A DNA stretch of 64,000 nt from Neophaeotheca triangularis (Eukaryota): contig BAAIJX010000033.1 in assembly GCA_054600435.1 (NCBI GenBank), positions 62,001 through 126,000 on the forward strand, in the 5' to 3' direction. The stretch's first letter is position 1. The number at the start of each line of letters is the position of its first letter. Shown one piece after another: positions 47,174 through 57,656 of this stretch. The translations under genes were made by a program, and so were the position numbers. Under the pieces are notes generated by a model. The model was not told the DNA's origin. It was given only the letters and a program-made list of their open reading frames with translations, and searched no databases.

Positions 47174-47722
47174 TTAGATAGCGGAGTCCTGCTTGGCGAA
47201 AGTACGTCCAAGCGCCTCGACACTGTCGGCAACCTCGTTGAAGGTCTGCTTGGTCTCGTCACCGACCTCGCTGATCTGGTTGGCGGCAGGGTCGTCCTCC
47301 TTGTTGCTCCACTGGATCTCAAGGGTGTTGAACTCCAACACGGTGTCACGGCCGAAAACATCCTGCTCGTTGTGGGCGGGGAAGCCGCGGCATTGGCTGA
47401 TCAGCCTCATCAACTCGGGGACATCGTCCCTATAGTGATTCGTCAGCAGACGTCCCAGGACAAGGTAGGGAGCGGGTTGAAGCATACTTGGGCACAGTGC
47501 CAGCCTTCTCAGAGGTCTTTTGGCCGCCGTTGTACTCTTGCCTCCGGATCTTGGCCTCGCGGTTGGGCTCACCAATGACCTCGACGACGCTGGTGGGGGT
47601 GCCTTGGTGGTATGTCAGTACCGTTTCGACAGTTTATAACTTGGTTGACACATACCGTTGAAGGGCTTGGTCAGGCGGACCTCAAACTCGCCGGACGGGG
47701 GTGGTGCAACTTGACGGGGCAT
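47174..47722 (-). CDS. Small acidic hypothetical protein (145 aa); introns 47603-47655, 47430-47487
   Basis: Two canonical GTATG...CTGAC...AG introns join three exons in frame (MPRQVAPPPSGEFEVRLTKPFNG|TPTSVVE...VPK|DDVPELM...). Strong C/G-ending codon bias. Confidence 0.82.
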
Positions 47723-48089
47723 TTTGGCTTGTGTGTTTTGTTTGTGGTGGGTGTCTATGAATGTGAGATGTGTGCGTGAGTGGTGTGTGAAGAGGTCGAT
47801 GAAGTGCTTGCTGTTCTCAAGACACAGCGCGAATTTCTCGTTCGTTTGCAGTGATGTCACAGTCGCGCCCGCTGCTGTGTGCGGGGCTTGCTCTGCCCCA
47901 CCACTTCTACCACTCCCACTCCCACTCCCACCATACCACCACCACTGCGGGTACGCCTGAGTAGGGCGGCGAAAGACGCCGGGAGGCGGCGAGCATGTCG
48001 TTGTGTATTTAGTGGCAGCGGAGAACAGAAGTCCGATGCTGAACATGACACCGCGACATCAAAGTCCGTTCGAACACAGGTGTTTGCGA

Positions 48090-50003
48090 TCACGCCCTCA
48101 TCGTCATTAGGAAGCCTCCTCGCTCCAGATGCCCAAGACAGTTTTCTACGATTGACCTCTTGAGGCCTTCCTTCGCAGCAATCTCTTCTAACGCATGGCT
48201 TCCGTCCAGGTATGCTAACATTGCTGGGAAGTTCTCCTGCCAGGCGGCTTCCGGCAATTGCTCGAGCAAGACAGCGACGGCGCCTGCTTCCTTCTCTGTC
48301 ATTCGCATCGGATCTTGGACTACGCCTGAGGCGTCGCTACTGCGCTCGTTCTTCGAGGCTGAGGCGTATGGTGCGTGGCTCTGAGACCAAGGGACGGCAG
48401 TGCGATTGGAGACTTGGCTACTAGTTTCATCCTCGTCAATTTGACCTCCTGATGATGGCAGACTGGCTAGACGAGCTGAACCCGTCTCGGGACTTCCGTG
48501 CTGAAGCCCTAGTGGCTGCGCGTTGAGAAGCAGATGTTGCGAAAGTCTCAACCACGCGAACGTTTTGAGCTGCCTGACAAAATCGTGTCGGACAAGATAT
48601 GCGAGCATCTCCATGTAAGCGGCGCGATGGTCTCGAGACGGGATAAGGTGACCAAATTGCACCGGTTTGCTGCTGATCATCTTGAGAAGACTGGGAAGAG
48701 CCGGCAAGGCAGCAAACTGTTGGGCGAAAACTGTCGCGTGCCTATCGATCTCGGAAAGCGCCTTTTCCGGATTGCAGACGTAGGTGTTTCTGGGATGCAA
48801 GGGCGCAACGGCGCGAGCCTTCCTCCATTTGACCAAGTGACGCGCCATGTACAATACATCGTGAATAGGCAGGCCGAGTGAGTTGGCATGTTTTTGTAAG
48901 CTTTTGGTCGGGGTCTGCTCCCTTACAAAGTACGCTAGAGGCCCAGCATCTGCATGCGACAGCTCACTCAGCATGACCTCCTTAGCCTCGAGTAGTAGCA
49001 GTGCGGCATCAGAGCCGATAGTTGTAGTGGCATCTGGCCCAGCAGTCGCGGTGGTGCTGATCGCAGAAGACTGAATCGATAACTCGTAGCCACCAAGTCT
49101 AATGCCGGCTGTCTTACCAAGGTCGATTTTGTCGTAGGTTTCTTTCAGCGCCCATGCCAATTCGCTGCTGTCGTGCAGGGCGGGCGTACTTGCGTCGTTA
49201 TCTGTACTTTGACATGTCCGAGCAGACAGCATACGCCGAACCTGTCGAGCTACGTAGTTGCTTTGCTTTTGGCAGTAGCGTAGCGCTTCTCCGAGAGTCT
49301 TCGCTACGTCGCGGTATATCAAGTCTGTTAGCCTGCTGTTGGCTTCGCCGCCAGTCATGACGAAAACAACGTGAAACATGAACAGCGCCTCCGGTGCGAC
49401 GTCTGATGAAGTCGAAGTGCTTTCATAAGACGTCCCAAGATTGTATCCTGCTTCGAGACTGTCTGGCAGGTGTTGGAAGCGACTCGATTGGTAGCCGGCC
49501 GCCTGAGGCGCAGATTCAGGCACGTTGGCTTTCTCTCCGGTCTCGTAAGGTAGATAATCGTAGTACTCGTTCTCTTCTGTAGGGTCCTGCTTTGACGGAT
49601 GGTTTACGGCGTTCTGGTTCCAGCTGCCATTCTCGTACGCATAGACTGGATGCCCGATAAAGGTCCAGCCATCAACCTTTATCTCAAACTTCTTGCGGTC
49701 ACACCATTTTCCCGGCGATAAAAGCCTCTCTAGCATGTCTACGTCTAGTCCGAGCACAGTGTTGGGCTTGGAAGGCCCAGATGAAAAGCCACGGGAGATG
49801 CCAGGAGGTGTCTCGGAGGCAGGTCTACCTTCTCGAGTACTCGCAATGTCCGATGTCGTGTCAGAAGCATCATCACAAGCCTGTTGCCCGCTCCTCTTGT
49901 CGGAGTGGCCGGCATAGTGATAGACGAGTTTAGGCCCTGGGCGCGATCGCGTGATGAGAAGGACAGCGGCAAGATCAACGCCGCTTTCTGTGTATCCAGC
50001 CAT
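48090..50003 (-). CDS. NPR3: Nitrogen permease regulator 3 (SEACIT/GATOR1 subunit)
   Basis: AVLLITRSRPGPKLVYHY, KKFEIKVDGWTFIGHPV, FHVVFVM, ARHLVKWRKARAVAPLHPRNTY, YLDGSHALEEIA. Confidence 0.9.
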   Translation of the reverse strand: MAGYTESGVDLAAVLLITRSRPGPKLVYHYAGHSDKRSGQQACDDASDTTSDIASTREGRPASETPPGISRGFSSGPSKPNTVLGLDVDMLERLLSPGKWCDRKKFEIKVDGWTFIGHPVYAYENGSWNQNAVNHPSKQDPTEENEYYDYLPYETGEKANVPESAPQAAGYQSSRFQHLPDSLEAGYNLGTSYESTSTSSDVAPEALFMFHVVFVMTGGEANSRLTDLIYRDVAKTLGEALRYCQKQSNYVARQVRRMLSARTCQSTDNDASTPALHDSSELAWALKETYDKIDLGKTAGIRLGGYELSIQSSAISTTATAGPDATTTIGSDAALLLLEAKEVMLSELSHADAGPLAYFVREQTPTKSLQKHANSLGLPIHDVLYMARHLVKWRKARAVAPLHPRNTYVCNPEKALSEIDRHATVFAQQFAALPALPSLLKMISSKPVQFGHLIPSRDHRAAYMEMLAYLVRHDFVRQLKTFAWLRLSQHLLLNAQPLGLQHGSPETGSARLASLPSSGGQIDEDETSSQVSNRTAVPWSQSHAPYASASKNERSSDASGVVQDPMRMTEKEAGAVAVLLEQLPEAAWQENFPAMLAYLDGSHALEEIAAKEGLKRSIVENCLGHLERGGFLMTMRA

Positions 50004-50398
50004 GACCACAGCTCATGCAGATTATTTTAAGGACGCGAACCAGATCCTAGCAATCACTATCGTGTCATGGTGCCTCTTTTTGTTTTTCTTTAGACCTTCT
50101 ACCATGCAAAAGAAGAGATGTGTAAGGACGTACAAGGCATTTCACCCATTGAAGTCGTGCAAGCAAGCGGACAGATTTGAACGCAGAATCCCAGTGTTTT
50201 CTGGCTCAAGCCTATGTATATTAAGGACCCGCAGCTTGCACATTCCGGATCATCTCTGCAATGCGATGCTGACAGTGTGAAGGGTTTGTTAGGGTACCTC
50301 GTGAAAATTCGTGAGTTTCTGCAAACTCCATCCCTGCTTCAACCAAATCGCCACTCGCAGGACTAGAGAGCTCAAAAGAACAAGCAAAGCGCTGTGAA

Positions 50399-51090
50399 TT
50401 GTCAATCGACAGAAATCTCCCCTTCTTGGTCGCCTTTTCCAGGCTCATGATACTTTTACAACAATGAGCATCTTCCAGACATCTTAGCCCATGGGAAAAG
50501 AAACGTTGCTTTACACTACCGTAACGTCGATCGGGATGCTCCGCTGCAACATCTTGCTTTGTATCCAATGAACGACGCCAGCTTCCTGTCCTCAGGTGGG
50601 CTCCAGGAGCTTATAGACGGCACTGGGAAAAGCAAGATCCTGGATGGCGCAGGCCCACGAGAAGTAGCAGAATTCAGCCCACGCATCTACGAGAAGATTA
50701 ATACAATTGAAGGGCCGGGCCATCAAGACAATAGCGGCACAGAACGTCGACAGACGATTGTTTGTGTTGCTATGGAGCCGGCAGTAGGGGGAGAAAATGA
50801 CTTTGACGCCTGGTACCGCAAGCAGACCGCAAGCAGCATTTGAATATGCTGAGCATTTGCCGGGGATATAGGGGGACAACACGGCACAAAGCGCTGGCCG
50901 AGGGATGCCTGACATATCTTGCGCTCCATGAGTATACTTGTGCAGAGGCCGAGCTGCCGACCGACCAGCTACCGATCGTCACGGGTACTGAATGGAGTAA
51001 GAAAATCACGGGGGGGGTCGAGCATTCGATCGAAGTATCTTCGAGTTTTTGAATGGGGCAGGGAGCGTTTCCATCTTCCATTGCCATTAC
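50399..51090 (+). pseudogene. Frameshifted tandem EthD/dimeric alpha-beta-barrel-like gene
   Basis: Two repeat units, FYNNEHLPDIL...LQHLALYPM and FDAWYRKQ/HLNML...YLALHEY...TEWSKKI, broken by an 11-nt tandem duplication (50815-50836), a 5' lesion near 50448 and a probable slip at the G8 run (51010). Confidence 0.65.
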
Positions 51091-51093
51091 CTC

Positions 51094-52803
51094 CTAATCA
51101 TCCCCTCTTTCGTCTTCTACGTCTGTCAGCTCAAAGAATGCAGTCTGCTCTCGATAATTGAGTCTTTCTCCTGCCAGCCCATGCCCCACGTGTTTACCAT
51201 CCCCGCCGAGGCACTTGGACCAATGTAATAGATGGCCTCTCCTTGAGCGGACGAATGCGGCGTACAGAACTCCAGCGAGAGCGACGGCGCCGCTACTGAT
51301 CGTCGCCGGATACTTGAACTGCTCAGGTCTGGCGAATATGATGGTGCTCGCAAAAGACATCATCTCAAATGTGTTTTGCAGAGAAAATTCCTGGGACGAA
51401 AAGGTACCTCGTAAGGATGGCTCGACCTCCTGCGTCTCGTGTGAGTACTGTATACGTGAGCACAAGACATATTCTAAAAGACATACTTCTTGAACAATCA
51501 TCTGTGCGCTGAGGTCAAACCCCCATAGCCCTACTCGGCTTGATATCACCGCAGATACCAAGCCCGCAAGGGTAGCCGTGCCGTTCGTCCCCAGCCATAG
51601 CAGCAGACAGGCCACAGTTACGCAGATCAGTTGCCAACTCAAGAACCAAATGCCCGCACGGACTGTGCCGATGCGTTCCATGAGTTTAGGCCCCAGCCAG
51701 GTAGCGCTCATTTCGAACAAAGCTGAAACGCCCCGTAAAGTACCGATGGCGCCAGAGCTCACGTTCGAGGCGACCAAGTAGGTGATCATTTGGCCGTTGA
51801 AGGATAAAACAGTAAGGTAGAGCAGTGCTAGGGAGAAGGAGGGAAGGAACGCCTGATGCTTGACATAGGTCCAGGTATTTTGAAAGGCGTTTCTCAGCTG
51901 TAAAGTCATCCAAGCCCCAGGTGCTCGAGGGGCATCGCTTAGAGCTGCGTCAGGTTTGGGAACTCTTAAAGCATCCACTGCTTTGTAGACTTGAGCGATG
52001 GCGATATATTCGAACGGCAGAGACACAAAAGTTAGTGTGCCCGCGCCGATGACGGCAGCGACGGAAGAGAAGCCGCTGTCGATGACAGAGATCGCCAAAG
52101 GACCGACGAGCTTACAAAAGAGGTCGATGCGTCGCATCTGGGAATTCAATGCTATAGTATCGGGTCAATTCTCAATTATACAGATCTTTCATAAACCGTA
52201 TACTCACTCCGCAGGCGGTCATCGTTGCCATGAGCCACCAGGACGACCCAGTCTCTCTCGACCGAGACCGTGTTCATAATCGAACCCAGCTTTTCAATGC
52301 ATGCAAGGACTGAAAGTAGAGCGAGGAGCCCTAACGAGGTAATGCGATCTCCTTTGGAATCCCCGCGTTGTAATAGTAGGAAGAGCAGGCTACAAGAGGA
52401 GGCTACTGCAAGTCTTTGACTGACTTGGAGCGTGTCAGTGAGCGCAGAGGGTGAGCGATGACATTAGGTTCCTACCTATAGAGAGCCGTACGACCGCAAG
52501 ACGGTCGTGGTTGTCGATGTGTTTGCCAATCCACGGCGAGAACAAAGCTGCTGCTGCTGATCGGGACAACGCATAGGCAGAAGCTGGCAGTAGTGTCTGC
52601 GGATATATCTGGGCCAGCCACAAGAACGCACCAAATTCAAAAAGGCGAGAGTTCCATGTTGACAAGAAGTGCGAGGTGTACAGGAGGCGACCAGTCGATC
52701 GGTGTTCCTCTGGCAGCGGGTCGACGTTCTCGATGTCGAGTTCGTCAGAGCGATCCGCAGAATCAAGGAAAGGTTGCACTGCTTCCCGTTCGTCGCGACT
52801 CAT
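51094..52803 (-). CDS. Ferroportin-like (SLC40/FPN1) iron-regulated transporter; introns 52424-52475, 52152-52207, 51430-51486
   Basis: LYTSHFLSTWNSRLFEFG, NTVSVERDWVV, LNSQMRRIDLFCKLVGP, LYLTVLSFNGQM, SRVGLWGFDLSAQMIVQE. Confidence 0.92.
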
Positions 52804-53264
52804 TGCGGTATCAATACGATTAAGAAGAGCAAACCGTTTAATACCGATGCAACACGCAGTGTTTCCCGAAAACGTTTGCTCTATTCTAACATTTCATTAT
52901 TCCATCAGGGTTGTCACGTGAAAGGTGAGAAGCGATGTCACTTGCGCAACGTTTGATTGGGTGAAGTTTGGCGGCTGATGTTGGATTAGACAACGCAAAT
53001 GGGACGGCCCGGTCACTGGCTTCTCTTGGCTTGCATGCCCTGAGTTGGGCGTCACAATCGCGTTCATTCGCAAGGTCTCGTCACTACTATCCAAAGCCGC
53101 GTCGCTTCAACCTCATCTTGTCTTTGCTTAAGCTATCTCCACCTCATCTTAAGACGCGTTGATCGGCCTCTTTTCTTTCCTTCTTACAACACCTCGTAGC
53201 TCCTCCCCTGACTTCTTCAGGCGGTACTCTTCTGCTTCCCACCCGGAGACTGCAGGTCGGCAAG

Positions 53265-56200
53265 ATGCCACGCCTGAAGCGCAGTCGCGCAGAGGCCGAG
53301 CTAGATGCTCCTGGTGAGCATCACGCGACGTCGCAACACGATCCCCAGTACGCCGAAACGTTGACCACACTGCGGAATATGTGGGAATTTGCAAGCCTCA
53401 TGCAGTACATCTTCCTCTTCGGCCACGCTACCAAGATACCCGACAACTTCGACATAGAGGTACGTTCGACTCCGCCTCGTCGTTGCGACTGCCTCGGACC
53501 TCGAAGGGCTTTGTACTGACTCTACTTTGATATAGGACCTCGAAATCGAATGCCTTAAGCCCCAGCCGTCCGAAAAGCTTGCTCAGATTGGACTGTCCTT
53601 CCTCAAGCATGTCTCCTCACACAGAGGTCTTACGTATGTTGGCTGCTCTAGACGCCGTATGCATGTGACATCCGCTAACCACTGATCCAGGCCTGAAATC
53701 TTCGACGAATATACGCGCCGTCAGTACGTGGCGAAGGCACCCAAGCGCAACCCCTTCGGCGAGGCTGAGGAGCCCGCCAAATTCAACGACTTCGATGTTT
53801 TCACCAAGATCAGAGTACTACAACAGCTGAGCACGTGGACCTTTGGAAACGTGGACAGAATGCGCGGTATGATGCCGGCGGACGAAGACCAACAGAGCTG
53901 GCGCATGGAGCCGCTTGGTTGGGACAAGGAGGATCGCTCATACTTTGTGCTCGACGACAACCGCTTGTACTGCAGGGAAGATGAACAACCGCCGCCGCCT
54001 TCTCCCAAAGTCAAACCGAAGCCGAAGGCCAAGGCTCAGGCCCAAAAGAAGGGCAAGAACAAAGGCACACGGTCCAGCAAAAGGAGAAAGGTTGAGGAGT
54101 CCCCGGAGCCTGCGGAGGAGAAGGAGGAGGATGATGCGGAAGCAGGTGCACTAGAGGACACGACTATGGCAGATGCTCAAACGGAGGAGACAGAAAAAGA
54201 ACCTGGATACGGTTTCACAAACAAAACCTGGTCCTGTGTCGCAATCTCCCTTGAGGACTACCAAAACTTCCTTGCAACGATATTTCGCTCACGGGACCCG
54301 AATGAGAAGCAATTACGCACAAGGATCGAGCAAGACGTTCTACCTGTCATTGAAAAGCGTGCAGAGGCTTTACGCGAGAAGGAACGTAAGAAACTGCGGG
54401 AACTCGAGAATATGCAAAAGCTTGCTACCGCGAAGCGCTCGAGTCGTCTAGCTGGCAAAGCGGAAAAAGAGGAACAAGACCGGATGGCGAAGGAGGCAGA
54501 AGAGAAACGACTGTCAGAGCTGAGAATGGCTCATGAGGAGCAGGAAAGACAGCGGAAGATCGAGGAGGTAGGTTCTATCCTTAGGCCCTCGAAAGAAAAT
54601 ATTCCGCTGACAAAAATATCAGGGCCACGAGTCACGACGACTAACGCGCGAACAACGTGTGAAAGAGCGCGAGGTAAAGCGCATCCTTCACGAAGAGGAG
54701 CTAGCCAAACTGGAAGAAGACGCCAAGCGCGCGGCGTCTCAGGATCCCAACGGCGAAGCCGCTGAAGGTAGCAAAGCTCGCTTGTCTGAGCGTCAGGTAA
54801 AGGCACAAAGGGAACAGCACCAGGCAGAGCTCGACAAGCTCGCTTTTGAGGAAGACAAGTGGGAGTTTGATTGCGCCGTCTGTGGACTGCATGGCGAGAA
54901 CATCGACGATGGCACTCATAGTCTGGCATGCGAGAAATGTAATGTGTGGCAGCACAGCAGGTGCCATGGGCTTACTCCGAAGAAGGTTGAAGACCCAAGC
55001 TTTCACTTCGTATGTGGCACATGTAAGAGGAAAGAGGAGGATGCGAAAAAGCCGAAGATTGCACCGCTCAAGCTCGCTAGAAGCAGGCCAAGTGCTAGCC
55101 CGAATGCGGAAGCCCGGCCAGAGTCCACCGGCAGAGCCAGGGACAGCGGTCTCCCACCGCACATTCAGAGGCAACTGGATAGCGCTCACATGCCTGCGTC
55201 CCAGCAAAATAGCCAGTACGGCCAAGGTGTCACCGGACCAAGTCTGTCCCCACAAGGCCAGCTTCAAGGGCCTCCGGGATACCAACACCCTCCCATCTCA
55301 AACTTTGCGCCGCGCCCGCCACAGCAACCCTGGGCAGGTCAGATGGTGCCCCCTCCCGCCCGCCCTGGAAGTTCCTCATTCACTGGTGGATATGCGGGGT
55401 CCCCTCCAACAGCTGGCAGTGGTTATCCAGGCTCTTCACCACATCAGCAGCAACATCAATACGCCCATCACGCTGCTGTCCAATCTTCTGGTGGCCACCC
55501 CGGTTACCAGTCACAATTCCAAGCTCAGCAGAGTGGGATGAATCCACGCGCTCCGCCAGGCGCGCACGCCGTAAATGGCACGACACCCTCGCCGCATCCC
55601 TTTCAAGGCACATCTTCTTCGCAACAGCCGCCTGGTGCCAGAAGACCATCATACCCTCAACGTTCTTATGCGCCTCAGCAACATCATGCGCAGGCACCTT
55701 ATCAACAAACGCATCCATCACAAGCACAACAGCAAAGACCAAGTTCAGCGCAAATGATGAATGGCTTCTCGTCACCTACCAAGCCAAAGTCGTCGGCATC
55801 ACCACCACAGGAACAAATCTCCACCCCAAGCCATCGTCTCGGAGGCCAGAGTTCTCATCTAGGGCTAGCTCAAAGTCCACAAACGTCCTTTCCGCCTCCA
55901 GTAGCCGCGAGCCAGCAGAGCGTACCCTCACCAGCAAAATCATCGCCACATCCAGCACTACACTCTACACAGGCGCAACAGTCTCCTGCACTTATTTCGA
56001 CTCCAAATAATACCTTCCGGCCGCCGTCCGCACATGGAGCGGACCCCCTCGAAACGCCCAGGATGTCAAATCAGCTAGGAGATGACATTGCCACCGACGG
56101 TATGTCCGGCCCTTGGCCCGAGGGTAGCAAGGCGATACCCCAAAAGCACGACCAGAGTCCTGCTCCTCCATCTTCAGCTCACGCCGTGGGTGAGATGAAG

Positions 56201-56320
56201 GTTGTGCCGCCTGTCGCGGCATTGGCGCCTAGTCCAAGTCAGGAAGCGGCTGGCGCGGCTGGAACCATCCCCGTGAAGAAGATGCCGGGCGAAGGAAGTG
56301 TGGCAGACAGCTCGCCATAG
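53265..56320 (+). CDS. PHD finger chromatin protein with DDT/WHIM-like N-terminal region; introns 53460-53535, 53634-53690, 54568-54622
   Basis: LRNMWEFASLMQYIFLFG, WRMEPLGWDKEDRSYFVLDDNRLY, coiled coil, PHD FDCAVCG...ACEKCNVWQHSRCHG...FVCGTC, Q/P/S-rich tail. Confidence 0.88.
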
Positions 56321-56559
56321 TGTATGCAGGCGTGCATGCATCCTAATGAGCCTTGGTGTGAATGAACATGAACCGAATTAACGGCGTATGGGGGTATTTG
56401 ATCGAGCTATTTCTGTCCAAGCCTTGTGTTGGCGACTAGAGCCGTGCATGACGGTAAAGGGGTTCACGGAAGTACTAGAAGCATAGGCACTTAGATTTGA
56501 AATGGTAGATGTCATAGAACCTCTGGTTAGGAATTTGAGCATCAACTTAGTGTTCTCAT

Positions 56560-57362
56560 TCATAGTTCAGCTCTCAACGCTCCCTCTAGAAAGTTAACGC
56601 CACTGACCACACCATCCACGATCTTCACCCCTTGGCCTGCCTCTTGCCCTAAAGTGGCTACGCAAGCCTCTCTAACGACAAGATCCAGACCAGCCATTCC
56701 AGCACAGCCCAGACAAATGGCCTTGGCCCCGTTTTGCAGTAGCCGGCCAGTGGCTTCCTTCATTCTGCGATCGACTTCTGCCTTTGGCGCGGAGTGCAAT
56801 TCATTCGCATCAAGCCCGGTGGTCTCAGTGCCAGCATACCTACTAGACGACTCGGTGCCCAACAGGGCGCGAATGGCGTCGTTCATTATATCAACCCATT
56901 GCGAGCCAGTGCTCACTATGCCGAATTTGTTCGGGGGAGTAATGGTTTGCAAGCAGGTAGCCACCGAGGCCTCGAAGATGCCCGTCACTGCCTTGTGGTG
57001 GAGGTTTTGCTTGGTGAATTCGGTCCGCATCGCTGCCACAAGGGGATGGTGAGAGTAACAGCAAATTAGGAAGGCGTCATAGTCTGGTATTTCCTGGATC
57101 AAGGAGGGCAGGCAGTGCTCCATTGACACTGCGGCATCGTCCTCGTTGTTGATGGATGGCACACCGGACGGCGCTGTGAAAAAGGTGAAATCGGTCTTTG
57201 TGGTACACAATGAGTCTCCGTCTCCGTTTGGCCTGGTCAATGTCGATGGTTCCAACGTACTGAGGTGTATCCCAATCTGTGCACAAGCGGTGGCAGAGCA
57301 TCCGTCATGGCTTGGGTGGTGTTAGGGTTGACCACGAGGATAGATTTCCTTGAGCTTGCCAT
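56560..57362 (-). CDS. DCG1: Asp/Glu/hydantoin racemase family protein (Dcg1-like); intron 57196-57260
   Basis: ILVVNPNTTQAMT, FLICCYSHHPL, TGIFEAS, ICLGCAGMAG, DGVVSG. Confidence 0.88.
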
Positions 57363-57656
57363 GTCCGCAGCCGGTATTTGCATGTCGGAAGAGAAGGCGA
57401 AGGGAAACTGGTATTTGTGTTCGAAGCGGTTCAAGACGAACGGAAGCTTTATCGGTCCTCTTTAACCGGCGAATTTAAAGTTCAGGTGAAAGCTGGAGGT
57501 GAAGTCTCGGCTCACATGCCATTTTGGGCGTGCTTCCCCGGAAGTTGCAGAAAAGTTGTCGAAGCTCTGGATTTCACCTGCTTCCACAACCAACAAAGCT
57601 ACCCTTTTTCAAGACTTATATCGTCGTTTCCGTCACAAGTCCTTCAGTAGATCAGG

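Noticed and set aside
33006..50003. SEC13 and NPR3 (both SEA/GATOR complex) in the same window
   Set aside because: They are 14 kb apart with six unrelated genes between them; consistent with chance.
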